Below, in pieces: positions 8,900 to 19,066 of a stretch of 64,000 nt of DNA. The stretch lies in assembly GCA_046483495.1 (NCBI GenBank), contig JAWODC010000092.1, positions 128,153 through 192,152 of the forward strand, given 5' to 3'. Position numbers and translations under genes: made by a program. Under the pieces are notes generated by a model. That model was given only the letters and a program-made list of their open reading frames with translations. It was not told where the DNA came from and searched no databases. This DNA is from Desulfobacterales bacterium. Its GTDB lineage: Bacteria > Desulfobacterota > Desulfobacteria > Desulfobacterales > UBA5616. The stretch's first letter is position 1, and every line of letters begins with the position of its first letter.

Positions 8900-10849
8900 C
8901 TACTCTCTTTTAAAGAAAACAGCGGCCAGCGGCGGCAGAACAAGGCTCAGGGAATAGGGATGACCGTGGTAGGGAACGGGCGTGGCGGAAACACCCCCCA
9001 GGCTGCCCTGTCCGCTTCCGCCGTATAGGCCGGCATCGCTGTTCAGCAGTTCTTTCCAGAAACCCGATTTCGGCGCCCCCACACGGTAATTATGCCGGGG
9101 TATGGGCGTGAAATTAAAAATGCCGATAATCGCTTCGCCGCCCGCTCCGGCTTTTCGAAGCAGACTGACGGTGCTTTGAATGTTGTCATTGCAGTCGATC
9201 CAGCTGAATCCCTCAGGGCTGAAATCCCTGTCGTGCATGGCCGGTTCGGTTATGTAGAACCGGTTCAAATCTTCCACCCACCGCTTCAGGCATGCATGCA
9301 TGGGGTATTCCAATAGGTGCCAGTGGATACTGCCGTCATGGTGCCATTCATCCCACTGTCCGATTTCATCGCCCATGAACAGCAGTTTTTTTCCGGGCTG
9401 GGCGGCCATGTATCCATAAAGAAGCCTCAGGTTGGCAAATCTCCGCCAGTCGTCCCCGGGCATTTTGCCGATCAGGGAGGATTTTCCGTGGACCACCTCA
9501 TCGTGGGAGAGGGGAAGCATGAAATTTTCACTGAACGCGTAAAGCATGCGGAAATTCAATTTGTTGTGATGGTAACTCCTGTGTATCGGATCCTTGGACA
9601 TGTACTCCAGCGTGTCGTGCATCCATCCCATGTCCCATTTCATCGAAAAACCGAGCCCCCCCACATAGGCGGGACGCGAAACCATGGGCCATGAGGTGGA
9701 CTCCTCGGCGATGGTCTGGACACCGGGATAATGTTGGTGAAGCACTTCGTTCAATTCGCGGAGAAAATCGATGGCGTCCAGGTTCTCCCGTCCGCCGTGA
9801 ATGTTGGGGACCCATTCCCCCTCCTCGCGCGAATAGTCCAGGTACAGCATCGATGCCACCGCATCCATTCTCAGGCCGTCCACGTGATACTTGTCAAGCC
9901 AGAACACGGCGCTGCTGATGAGAAAACTTCGAATTTCATTTCGGCCGTAGTTGAAAATGAAGCTCTTCCAGTCCGGATGGAAGCCCTGGCGGGGATCTTC
10001 GTGTTCAAAAAGATGCGTGCCGTCAAAATATCCGAGCCCGTGTTCATCCGATGGGAAGTGGGAAGGGACCCAGTCCAGTATTACCCCGATGCCGGCCTGG
10101 TGAAGTGTGTCCACCAAAAACATGAAATCCTGGGGTGTGCCGTAGCGGCTGGTCGGTGCGAAATACCCAAGGGTCTGATACCCCCAGGAGCCGTAAAACG
10201 GATGTTCCATTATCGGCAGAAATTCGACATGAGTAAAGTTCATCTGCTGAAGATACGCCGCCAGCTTCGGTGCCGCCTCCCGATAGGTCAGGAAGCGGTT
10301 GTTTTCTTCAGGCACCCGCATCCATGAGCCCAAATGAAGTTCATAAACGGCGATGGGCGATCGGGATGCATCGAAACGGGTTCTCTGCGCCATCCATTCG
10401 CCGTCATGCCATTCATAGGAAAGGTCCCATGTGACTGAAGCCGTTTTAGGGGAAATTTCGTAGAAAAAGCCGTAGGGGTCTGTTTTATCCACCTGATAAT
10501 TCCTTGCATGCGATACGATATGGTACTTGTACAGGGTCCCTTGTTCCATACCGCTGATAAAGCATTCCCAAATGCCGGAATGCCCCCGCTGCTGCAGGGG
10601 ATCGGCATCGTGGCGCCAGTTGTTGAAATCTCCGATTACCGAAACACTTCGAGCATTGGGCGCCCAAACGGCAAAATACATTCCCCGGCGGGCGCCGTCG
10701 GAAATCGGATGGGCACCGAGCTTTTCGTACAGCCGGAAATGGCTGCCCTCATTGAAGAGGTATAGATCGTCCTCCGAGAGCAACGAAAAATATTGCCCCT
10801 TTTCATCTTGTGCGGCTGCTTCCATCGGCGTTTCGTCTGACATATGCAC
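8900..10849 (-). CDS. glgB: 1,4-alpha-glucan branching enzyme
   Basis: 649 aa. YELHLGSW, FTHVEFLPIMEHPFYGSWGYQ, VILDWVPSHF, DGLRMDAVASMLY and SHDEVVHGK are canonical GlgB/GH13_9 blocks. Confidence 0.92.
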   Translation of the reverse strand: MHMSDETPMEAAAQDEKGQYFSLLSEDDLYLFNEGSHFRLYEKLGAHPISDGARRGMYFAVWAPNARSVSVIGDFNNWRHDADPLQQRGHSGIWECFISGMEQGTLYKYHIVSHARNYQVDKTDPYGFFYEISPKTASVTWDLSYEWHDGEWMAQRTRFDASRSPIAVYELHLGSWMRVPEENNRFLTYREAAPKLAAYLQQMNFTHVEFLPIMEHPFYGSWGYQTLGYFAPTSRYGTPQDFMFLVDTLHQAGIGVILDWVPSHFPSDEHGLGYFDGTHLFEHEDPRQGFHPDWKSFIFNYGRNEIRSFLISSAVFWLDKYHVDGLRMDAVASMLYLDYSREEGEWVPNIHGGRENLDAIDFLRELNEVLHQHYPGVQTIAEESTSWPMVSRPAYVGGLGFSMKWDMGWMHDTLEYMSKDPIHRSYHHNKLNFRMLYAFSENFMLPLSHDEVVHGKSSLIGKMPGDDWRRFANLRLLYGYMAAQPGKKLLFMGDEIGQWDEWHHDGSIHWHLLEYPMHACLKRWVEDLNRFYITEPAMHDRDFSPEGFSWIDCNDNIQSTVSLLRKAGAGGEAIIGIFNFTPIPRHNYRVGAPKSGFWKELLNSDAGLYGGSGQGSLGGVSATPVPYHGHPYSLSLVLPPLAAVFFKRE

Positions 10850-10923
10850 GTCCTTTATCTTTCTTCCCTTTTCGGGAAAATCAAGTGGTCAATCACCGCA
10901 AACACGGGCTTGACTCATGGCAT

Positions 10924-13900
10924 TTACTCCGTATGCTCCCGCATCAATTCGAGGAGACCTTTTAACGGGATTCTCAACCACTCCGGTCGATTGTTTAATT
11001 CGTAGGCCAGTTCGTAGAGGGCTTTATCCAGCAGATAAATTTCAAGCAGAATTCTGAATTCGCCGATATTTTCAGGCAGAAATGCTTCCTCCCCGGCTTC
11101 GGACAAATAGGCCTGGAGAAACAGGATGCGAACCCATTGGTACCATCGCATTGCACAGGATTTCAAAAATGCTTCATTTTCGGCGCCATCCGTAATTCCC
11201 CGGCTTTTGATTGAAAAAAGCGCCGCATATGCCGCGTAGTGAAAGGAACGAAGCATACCGGCCACATCCCGAAGGGCGCTTCGCTTGATTCTTCTTTCCG
11301 ATACCGGCCGGGCCGGCTCGCCTTCGAAATCGATAATCTGGAAGTCCTTGCCGGTGTACAAGACCTGGCCCAGGTGGTAGTCGCCGTGGCAGCGGATGCG
11401 CATGGCCGTAAATTTTCGGGTCAGCAGGAGTTGATACCGTTTAAAGATATCCGCTTCGAGACGCACCACGGCATTTGCGTCTTCCTGAAGATCGGCAGGA
11501 AGTTTACCCATGGTTTTCTTTAAAAGCGGCAGCGTTTTTAATGCAAGGGAACGAACGGACTGGTAGAGGCTCCGTTGATAGAGTTTTGTAAACGGCTCCG
11601 GCGAGAAGACGGATCCCTTCGATGCCGATGCCAGCGTGATGTGCAGCTGCGCCGTTCGAATGCCGATCAAGCGGGCCGAGTCCATATACGATCCGATCAA
11701 TTCCAGGGGTTCGGGAGGAAGTGATTCGGATATCAAACTCAATGAGGGCGACTCTGACGATATAAAGGTCAAAAAACGCTCTTTTTCGGCAAGCGCATTT
11801 TCGAACATGGCATTGAGCCGGCTCAGCGTATGGCGCCATGCATCTCCCTGATTTGCGACGTATTCATGAAGGGTCGACAAGGTCATGGGTTCTTCTTTTT
11901 CAGGGTAAAATGCAATGGCCCCCGCCAGGTGCGGCGTGTGGGGAAAATTTTTGCGTGTTAAAAACTGCCCGATTTCGAAGTCCGGATTTATTCCGGGAGT
12001 AAGCCGCCGGATCAGTTTAAGAATCAGCTGATTTCCGAATATGACGGATGTATTGCTTTGTTCCGAAGCGCTGACCATCGTGATCACCGTTTCGGGCAAT
12101 TGCTTTTTCAAATGTGCAAATGCCGAAGTCTTCACCGCCGCGACGGCGCCTTTGCCGACTTTAATGCGTTTGCGCCGTTCGATCATCCGCAGCAACAGAA
12201 CACATACCCGGGTTGCCGCCATACCGTCATGGAGAAGACAAACCGTCTTCTTGCTTTTGTGCTTCAGCCAGGCAATGGCCGCCCATCTGTTCTGCTGGAG
12301 AATTTCGTCGGATTCGGGGGCTTCCGAAAAGGTGACCGGCAGGACGTAAGTCTCGGAGTCGCCTTGCGTATAATCCACCTCTACGAACAAGACGGCAATC
12401 GGCGTTTCCGACCTCCCGACGGGAAAAACATCCCGGATGGTCGTCTGCTTTATGACACGCGCCTTTCCGCCGAACCATCGGGCTTTTTTGATGTATTGTG
12501 AAAGCACTTCTTCCAGCATGGCCTTTTGTGGACCGGAGAAAATGCTGTTGAGTTTTCCACTGATCGTCAACTCCGGTATTGCTGAAGCCGGGGGCTCGGC
12601 GGCAGCCGCTTCGGCCGGTTGTCGGGTTAAATAAAACCAAAAAAAACTATGAGGCCCCAACGACAGAAAATAGGGGGCGGGGCCTATGAATGGAAAAGCG
12701 GTACGGCCGAAAAGTTCCACCGGCACAGCTCCTTGATACGCGGACAGATCGAGTTCCACATATTGCACGAAGCGTGACAGGTTGACTACCACCAGAATGT
12801 TTTCTTCTTCATAGCTTCTGATAAAGGCCAGAATATGATTATTTTCCGGGCGCAAGAACGTAATGGTTCCCCTGCTGAATGCCTTGAATCGCTTCCGCAG
12901 CGTGATAATTCGCTTCATCCACCATAGAACGGAGTGGGGGTTTTGCTGTTGAACTTCTACATTGATGACTTCGAAATGGTATTCCGGTGAAATATTGACC
13001 GGCAGATACAGGGCTTGGGGGTTTGCACGGGAAAAGCCGGCATTCCGGTCACCGGACCACTGCATGGGGGTGCGGACTCCGCCCCTGTCGCCGAGGTGGA
13101 TATTGTCTCCCATGGCGATTTCATCCCCGTAGTAAATAATGGGTGTTCCGGGCATCGAAAACAGCAGCGCATTCATTAATTCGATGCGGCGGCGATGATT
13201 GCCCAGAAGTGGGGCAAGGCGCCTGCGGATTCCCAGGTTCAGCCGCATTTTCCGATCATGCGCATACACCCGGTACATGTAATCGCGCTCTTCGTCGGTA
13301 ACCATTTCAAGGGTCAATTCATCGTGATTGCGAAGAAAAATCGCCCACTGGCAGGAACTGCAGATTGCCGGAGTTTGTTCCAGAATGTCCAGAATGGGAA
13401 AACTGTCTTCCATCTGCAGCGCCATGTAAAGCCGGGGCATAAGGGGAAAATGAAAGGCCATTTGAAATTCATCGCCCTCGCCGAAATAGGCGGCGGCATC
13501 TTCCGGCCACTGGTTGGCTTCCGCCAACAGCATGCGGTTTTTGTATTTTTCATCGACATGCGCCCTGATTTCTTTTACAAATGCATGGGTTTCCGGCAGG
13601 TTTTCGCAGTTGGTCCCTTCACGTTCATATAGATAGGGAACAGCGTCCATTCGAAAACCATCCACGCCCTGGTTCAGCCAAAATTCCAGCGCGTTCAAGA
13701 TGGCTTTGCGGACTTGCGGGTGATCATAGTTGAGATCGGGCTGATGGGAGTAAAAGCGATGCCAGAAGTAGGCCTTTGCAACCGGGTCCCATGTCCAATT
13801 CGATGATTCAAAATCCTGGAAAATGATTCGGGTTTCCGTATAGCGATCCGGTGTCTCGCTCCAGACGTACCATTTCCGGTATTTGCTGTGGGGGGGGCTT

Positions 13901-14280
13901 TGCCGGGCCCTTTGAAACCAAGGGTGCTGATCGGAGGTGTGGTTCACCACCAGTTCTGTGATCACCCGAATGCCCCGTTGGTGGGCGCTTCGAAGAAACA
14001 ACCTGAAATCGGAAAGCGAACCGTAATCCGGGTGGATATCCTTGTAGTCGGAAATGTCGTACCCGTCGTCTTTTTGGGGGGAGGGATAAAACGGCAGCAG
14101 CCAAATGGCCGTTATGCCGAGGTCCTGAAGATAATCGAGCTTTTGAGAAAGCCCTTTGAAATCACCGATTCCGTCGGCATCGCCGTCGAAATAGCTTTTG
14201 ACGTGAAGTTGGTAAATAACGGCATCCTTGTACCAGTATGGATCATTGCTCAATAGCGATTCGCTTTTAGCTGTCTGCAT
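10924..14280 (-). CDS. treS: Trehalose synthase / maltokinase fusion (TreS-Pep2/Mak)
   Basis: 1118 aa. The N-terminal half (WYKDAVIYQLHVKSYFDGDADGIGDFKGL..., DGFRMDAVPYL, FLRNHDELTLE) is TreS. The C-terminal half (RCHGDYHLGQVLYTGKDFQIIDFEGEP...RSALRDVAGMLRSFHYAA) is the maltokinase (aminoglycoside-phosphotransferase-like) domain. Confidence 0.9.
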   Translation of the reverse strand: MQTAKSESLLSNDPYWYKDAVIYQLHVKSYFDGDADGIGDFKGLSQKLDYLQDLGITAIWLLPFYPSPQKDDGYDISDYKDIHPDYGSLSDFRLFLRSAHQRGIRVITELVVNHTSDQHPWFQRARQSPPHSKYRKWYVWSETPDRYTETRIIFQDFESSNWTWDPVAKAYFWHRFYSHQPDLNYDHPQVRKAILNALEFWLNQGVDGFRMDAVPYLYEREGTNCENLPETHAFVKEIRAHVDEKYKNRMLLAEANQWPEDAAAYFGEGDEFQMAFHFPLMPRLYMALQMEDSFPILDILEQTPAICSSCQWAIFLRNHDELTLEMVTDEERDYMYRVYAHDRKMRLNLGIRRRLAPLLGNHRRRIELMNALLFSMPGTPIIYYGDEIAMGDNIHLGDRGGVRTPMQWSGDRNAGFSRANPQALYLPVNISPEYHFEVINVEVQQQNPHSVLWWMKRIITLRKRFKAFSRGTITFLRPENNHILAFIRSYEEENILVVVNLSRFVQYVELDLSAYQGAVPVELFGRTAFPFIGPAPYFLSLGPHSFFWFYLTRQPAEAAAAEPPASAIPELTISGKLNSIFSGPQKAMLEEVLSQYIKKARWFGGKARVIKQTTIRDVFPVGRSETPIAVLFVEVDYTQGDSETYVLPVTFSEAPESDEILQQNRWAAIAWLKHKSKKTVCLLHDGMAATRVCVLLLRMIERRKRIKVGKGAVAAVKTSAFAHLKKQLPETVITMVSASEQSNTSVIFGNQLILKLIRRLTPGINPDFEIGQFLTRKNFPHTPHLAGAIAFYPEKEEPMTLSTLHEYVANQGDAWRHTLSRLNAMFENALAEKERFLTFISSESPSLSLISESLPPEPLELIGSYMDSARLIGIRTAQLHITLASASKGSVFSPEPFTKLYQRSLYQSVRSLALKTLPLLKKTMGKLPADLQEDANAVVRLEADIFKRYQLLLTRKFTAMRIRCHGDYHLGQVLYTGKDFQIIDFEGEPARPVSERRIKRSALRDVAGMLRSFHYAAYAALFSIKSRGITDGAENEAFLKSCAMRWYQWVRILFLQAYLSEAGEEAFLPENIGEFRILLEIYLLDKALYELAYELNNRPEWLRIPLKGLLELMREHTE

Positions 14281-14294
14281 ACTCCGATTTCCGT

Positions 14295-16295
14295 TTAGAG
14301 GTAGTAATCAAAATCTTTCTCCGTTCTGACTTTTCGTCGAATCGCAAAAATATGAGCCGGTATAATCCGGGGATCGAGTTCCACATAATTGCGGTCACCG
14401 TACCAGAGGAAGCGTGCGTCACTCAAAAGATCGTGCATTTGAAAGGATTTTGCCGGATCCAGATGCATTGCGGAAAGCGGGAGATCCACCCAACCGGCAT
14501 GCGTGTGGTGGGGGTCTAAATTAACCACGACAAGGATGGTATTGGACCGGTCGTCGGAACGTTTGCTATAGCAGATCATTTGTTCATTATCCACCGGAAG
14601 AAAGGCCAGACTTCGGTTGTTGTGCAGGGCAGGGTTTTCCTTCCGGATGTGGTTTACCCGGGCGATGAGCTCCTTTAAGCTCATCGGAGAGGAAATATCC
14701 CACGTTTTGGTTTCGTATTTTTCCGAATCGAGGTACTCCTCGCTGCCCGGCTCCTTGGGTTCATTCATGCACAACTCGAAAGCGGGTCCGTAAATGCCGT
14801 AGCTTGCACCCAGTGTGGCGGCCAATACCAGACGGACGATAAAGGCCGCTCTTCCCCCCGTCTGCAGGTATTCGGTCAGAATGTCCGGCGTGTTCGGCCA
14901 GAGATTGGGTCTGAAATAGTCACGAACCTCTGTCCGGGTCAATTCCGTGAAATACTTTTGGATATCATAAGCGGTGTTTCGCCATGTAAAGTAGGTGTAG
15001 GATTGGCTGAATCCAGCCTTCGCCAACCGGTACATGACCTTGGGCCGGGTGAATGCTTCGGACAAAAAGATCGTTTCCGGATACCTGGACCTGACGTTTC
15101 CGATCAGCCATTCCCAAAACGCGAAAGGTTTGGTATGCGGGTTATCCACACGGAAAATCCGTATCCCCTGCTCTATCCAATAGAACGTAACCCGCATCAG
15201 TTCCCGGGCCAGTTCCCGCCATCGGTCCGATTCGAAATCCAATGGATAAATATCCTCATATTTTTTTGGGGGATTTTCCGCGTATTGAATGGAGCCGTCC
15301 GGCCGATGACGAAACCACTCGGGATGTTCACTTACGTAAGGATGATCCGGGGAGCATTGGAATGCCAGGTCCATGGCGATTTCGATCCCGTATTCTTCAG
15401 CCTTTTTGACCAAATTTCTAAAATCCGCCAATGTCCCCAACAAGGGGTGTATTTCCGTGTGGCCGCCCTCACGGACTCCGATGGCCCAGGGGCTCCCCGG
15501 GTCTTCCGGGCCGGCAACAGGAGTGTTGTTTTTCCCTTTCCGATGGGTTCGGCCGATGGGATGGATCGGAGGCAGGTATAAAATGTCGAATCCCATATCC
15601 GCAATATAGGGGAGCCGTTTTTCGCAATCGTCAAAGGTCCCGTGTCGCCGTTCTTCCCCGGCACAGGAACGCGGAAACATTTCATACCAACTGCCGTACA
15701 ACGCCCGTTTGCGCTCGGCCAGGACCAACAGTTCTTTTTCATAAAAGGAGGCTTTTTTTCTGTCGGTGTGTTTTTGCATCAGGTGCAGCAGGCCTTTACC
15801 GAGCGCAAGTGCAATTCGTCCTTTTTGGGGCTTGTCTGAGCGGATATCGCTTGCCCGGCTTCGCAGCCAATCGCCGTCGGATTTGGGTGCCGGATCCGCC
15901 GTTTTTTCGATCAGTGCGGCACCTGTGAGAAGATCGATTTCCACATCCTGGCCGGCGGCTGTTTTTTTGGCCAGATCCCGGCGCCAGGTTTTGAATTCGT
16001 CAATCCATGCGCACAGGGTGTAGACGTAACCCCCGATCTCCTCGATCGAAAAAGCGGCATACCAGCGGTCGTTCAGGAGAAGCCGCAAGGGGGTTTCTTC
16101 CCATTGAACACCGTCTTTCGGGCGATGCATTAAAACGCCGGAAATCAAGTCATGGCCGTCGGTAAAAATATCGGCCGACACCGCCAGTTTTTCACCGAGG
16201 GTTCGCTTAACGGGAAACCGGCCGCCGTCGATTTCGGGTGACACCCTTTCAATGATGACGCGGGGCAAGAAGGTCTCGGTTTGGATGTCAATCAT
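14295..16295 (-). CDS. glgE: Alpha-1,4-glucan:maltose-1-phosphate maltosyltransferase (GlgE)
   Basis: 666 aa. The N-terminus VIIERVSPEIDGGRFPVKRTLGE is typical of GlgE. GH13_3 blocks SWYEMFPRS, DILYLPPIHPIG and IFRVDNPHTKPF are present. Confidence 0.88.
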   Translation of the reverse strand: MIDIQTETFLPRVIIERVSPEIDGGRFPVKRTLGEKLAVSADIFTDGHDLISGVLMHRPKDGVQWEETPLRLLLNDRWYAAFSIEEIGGYVYTLCAWIDEFKTWRRDLAKKTAAGQDVEIDLLTGAALIEKTADPAPKSDGDWLRSRASDIRSDKPQKGRIALALGKGLLHLMQKHTDRKKASFYEKELLVLAERKRALYGSWYEMFPRSCAGEERRHGTFDDCEKRLPYIADMGFDILYLPPIHPIGRTHRKGKNNTPVAGPEDPGSPWAIGVREGGHTEIHPLLGTLADFRNLVKKAEEYGIEIAMDLAFQCSPDHPYVSEHPEWFRHRPDGSIQYAENPPKKYEDIYPLDFESDRWRELARELMRVTFYWIEQGIRIFRVDNPHTKPFAFWEWLIGNVRSRYPETIFLSEAFTRPKVMYRLAKAGFSQSYTYFTWRNTAYDIQKYFTELTRTEVRDYFRPNLWPNTPDILTEYLQTGGRAAFIVRLVLAATLGASYGIYGPAFELCMNEPKEPGSEEYLDSEKYETKTWDISSPMSLKELIARVNHIRKENPALHNNRSLAFLPVDNEQMICYSKRSDDRSNTILVVVNLDPHHTHAGWVDLPLSAMHLDPAKSFQMHDLLSDARFLWYGDRNYVELDPRIIPAHIFAIRRKVRTEKDFDYYL

Positions 16296-16359
16296 AAATC
16301 CGCCCTATTGGATGTGTCGGCGTTGGCATTGTATTGTGTGCGATGGACAACCTCCCGTT

Positions 16360-17904
16360 TCAGACGTAGGGTGAAGCCGGGTAGTTTTGGATGGGCGGCC
16401 GGGGTGCGGCCGGAGCCTTCGTTGCCGGTTTATATTCGACCAGAGGGAAATCCTTTACTTCGTGTATGAATACGGAATTCAGAAAAGCTTCCACCCAATA
16501 GTAAATGTCCTGTCTGCGAATGGCTTTTCTCATCATTTTCATGCGGTATTGGCGCTGGGCCGGCTCCATTTGCGTGGCGGTAAAAAGGGTTTGGGCCACC
16601 GATTCGACATGGTAGGGATTGACCAGCAGCGCGCCCCGTTGAAGCTGGGCGCTGGCGCCTGCGAATTCGCTCAAGATAAGCACCCCGTTTTCTTCCACGT
16701 TTGAGGCGCAGTATTCTTTTGCCACAAGGTTCATACCGTCCTTCAACGGTGTGATGAATGCGACATCCGAAGCGCGGTAAAATGCCAACAGCTCTTGCCG
16801 GTCAATGGAGCGGAACATGTAATGGATCGGCGTCCACCCGGGGCGTCCGTATCGCCCGTTTATTTCACTGATCTTGCGTTCGAGCTGTTCTTTCAGCTCC
16901 AGGTACTTGGGAATCGTAACCCGGCTGGGAACGACGAGCTGAAGCAGTGACATGTTGCCCCGAAGTTGCGGGTACCTGTCGAGGGCCATTTCAAAAGCCG
17001 CCAGTCTTTCCGGAATTCCCTTGGTGTAATCCAGACGATCGATTCCCAGAACGATGTGTTCGACATCGAGTTCTTCTTGAACTTCCCTGACCCTGTCTTC
17101 CACTTCCCGCTTTTCCGCGTTTCTGGCAAATTCATCGAAATCGATGCTGATGGGGAAATTGCCGATGCGGATTTCCCGATCGTTCACCTGGGCGGTGATC
17201 ACCTTGCCCCGCTCCCGGATGACGACATCCCGAAAAAGGGCGCGGATGCACCGAATAAAATTCCTCCGGTCCCGCATGGTCTGAAATCCGACCAAATCGT
17301 AGGACAGCAGGCCTTCCATGACTTCGTACCGCCAGGGCAGTTTGAAAAAGAGATCCGGAGAAGGGAAGGGGATGTGAAGGAAAAATCCGATTTTGGAGGT
17401 CACTCCCATCTCCCGAAGGTTTTTGCCGGCCATCATCAAATGATAGTCATGGATCCAGATATGGTCGCCGTTGATGATGCTTTCATGCGTGCTTTGTGCA
17501 AATTTACGGTTTACCGCCTGATAAGCCTTCCAGTAGGAGGGGTCGAAATTGCAGCGGGTCTGAAGATCATGAAACAGGGGCCATATAATTTCATTGGCGA
17601 ATCCATAATAAAAACTGTCCACTTCCTCGGGCGTGAGCATCACCGGTTCGAAGCTGTACCCGGTGCCGTCCGTCGTTTCATTGAGCAGTTTTTTAATGAG
17701 GTGTTTTTTGCCTTTGGTCGTTCCCGGCCATCCGATCCATAATCCTCCCCGGTTCCGAAGAACCGGCACCATGGCTGTCACCAATCCGCCGGAGCCGTCT
17801 TTTACCTCAAATCTTCCCGAGTCATCCTGCGATATTGTCGAAGGCAGCCTGTTCGATATGATGATGAGACGATTTTTTGCCGTTTTTTCAGTGATTAGAC
17901 TCAT
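16360..17904 (-). CDS. otsA: Alpha,alpha-trehalose-phosphate synthase (GT20)
   Basis: 514 aa. [38 protein letters not shown] and [14 protein letters not shown] are OtsA/GT20 blocks. A Pro-rich tail of about 40 aa follows. Confidence 0.88.
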   Translation of the reverse strand: MSLITEKTAKNRLIIISNRLPSTISQDDSGRFEVKDGSGGLVTAMVPVLRNRGGLWIGWPGTTKGKKHLIKKLLNETTDGTGYSFEPVMLTPEEVDSFYYGFANEIIWPLFHDLQTRCNFDPSYWKAYQAVNRKFAQSTHESIINGDHIWIHDYHLMMAGKNLREMGVTSKIGFFLHIPFPSPDLFFKLPWRYEVMEGLLSYDLVGFQTMRDRRNFIRCIRALFRDVVIRERGKVITAQVNDREIRIGNFPISIDFDEFARNAEKREVEDRVREVQEELDVEHIVLGIDRLDYTKGIPERLAAFEMALDRYPQLRGNMSLLQLVVPSRVTIPKYLELKEQLERKISEINGRYGRPGWTPIHYMFRSIDRQELLAFYRASDVAFITPLKDGMNLVAKEYCASNVEENGVLILSEFAGASAQLQRGALLVNPYHVESVAQTLFTATQMEPAQRQYRMKMMRKAIRRQDIYYWVEAFLNSVFIHEVKDFPLVEYKPATKAPAAPRPPIQNYPASPYV

Positions 17905-18277
17905 TTGTTCCTTTCCAATTCAAAAATAAACGCATTCATCCCGGGCGCGATATCAACCGGGAAAAACGATTCGGGTCTTCCGGAACAATGCCTCGGCTCA
18001 GTGGCGGTCATCATAATCTCGATCAAGCCGTTTCCGGGTAGACCTTGTCAAACCTGTCGGCGTGAAAAAAGGGCCCGACCTTTGAAAACATCCATTCCGG
18101 GTGCGTCTGTTGCTTAGGTTGTAACCTCGTGAAGACGGGAGCCCCACCGAAAAAAATAAATTTTCAAATCCCTGCCGCTTTTTTCAACGCGATTTTGAAG
18201 GCAACTATAGCAAACAGGTATTTATCCGGTAATGGGGTCAATTATGTATTTTTTGCCGGTGAAATCCCCCTGAGTCG

Positions 18278-18345
18278 GGATCGCTGGGATCGTTGGGTAC
18301 GATCAAAACAATCAAAACGATCAAAACGCTCTAAACGATCAAAAC
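18278..18345. repeat. 9-nt periodic tandem repeat (gggatcgct/gggatcgtt ... then 5 x gatcaaaac-type units), GATC-rich
   Basis: Read directly: gggatcgct gggatcgtt gggtac gatcaaaac aatcaaaac gatcaaaac gctctaaac gatcaaaac. It lies immediately 3' of the ZIP gene stop (18350) on the minus strand. Confidence 0.8.
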
Positions 18346-18349
18346 GCGT

Positions 18350-19066
18350 TCAGGTGTGAGTTGTCAGATGGAGGATGGCGCCCAGGAGTATACCTGCAAA
18401 AAAGGTTGTGATTTTTCCGGTCGTTTGTTGCCTGATGACCATCGGGAGCAGGTGGACGGCTCCAAGGTAAATAAGAAATCCTGCGGAAACGGCCAGAAGC
18501 CGGCCTAATACCGCCGAGGACAGGCGGGAAATGAATGGAAATGAAAATAAAGCCCCCGCGGGGGTGGTCAGGGCCGTGGCCAAAAAGGCGAATACAATCG
18601 ATTTTTTGCGGCTATACCCTCCTTCCTCAAGCAGGGTGAAGATAATCACGCCCTCGGGAAATTCATGCAAGACCATACCGAGAGCGGTCAACGTGCCCGT
18701 AAGCATATCTATGGTAAATGTGATCGAATAAATGGTTCCGTCGATCAGTGAATGAAAGCCCATGGCGGTGATGACCAGTATTCCGATGGGCTGCTGACGT
18801 TTCTCTCCTTTGTCGGCGATCAGTTCGAGCACGAAAAGACCGATAAATCCCCCCAGAAAAAACGCCCCGGCTGAATGGTCCATGGTCAAGGCCTTTGGGA
18901 CGAGGTGAAGAAAGGAAATGCCGATCAGCACACCCGCCGCAAATGCGATGAAATAGGGAGACCATAAACGGGATTTCACTTCGAACCGGCTGATGGTCAG
19001 AATCCCTGCGGTGGTGGCGGCGCACGCTGCTATACCGGCAATAAGTATGGCGGAAAAAAGGCTCAT
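18350..19066 (-). CDS. ZIP-family divalent metal (Zn/Fe) transporter, ZupT-like
   Basis: Multi-TM protein with the ZIP signature HEFPEGVIIFTLL and a HSLIDG block. The start MSLFSAIL (ATG 19064-19066) overlaps the stop of the upstream CDF gene (TGATG). Confidence 0.8.
   Translation of the reverse strand: MSLFSAILIAGIAACAATTAGILTISRFEVKSRLWSPYFIAFAAGVLIGISFLHLVPKALTMDHSAGAFFLGGFIGLFVLELIADKGEKRQQPIGILVITAMGFHSLIDGTIYSITFTIDMLTGTLTALGMVLHEFPEGVIIFTLLEEGGYSRKKSIVFAFLATALTTPAGALFSFPFISRLSSAVLGRLLAVSAGFLIYLGAVHLLPMVIRQQTTGKITTFFAGILLGAILHLTTHT

Noticed and set aside
18129-18359. A 76-aa ORF ending in SKQSKRSKRSKRSKR.
   Set aside because: The 'protein repeat' is just the translation of the 9-nt DNA tandem repeat. 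The ORF has a GTG start, no RBS and an implausible composition. It was treated as a non-coding repeat instead.
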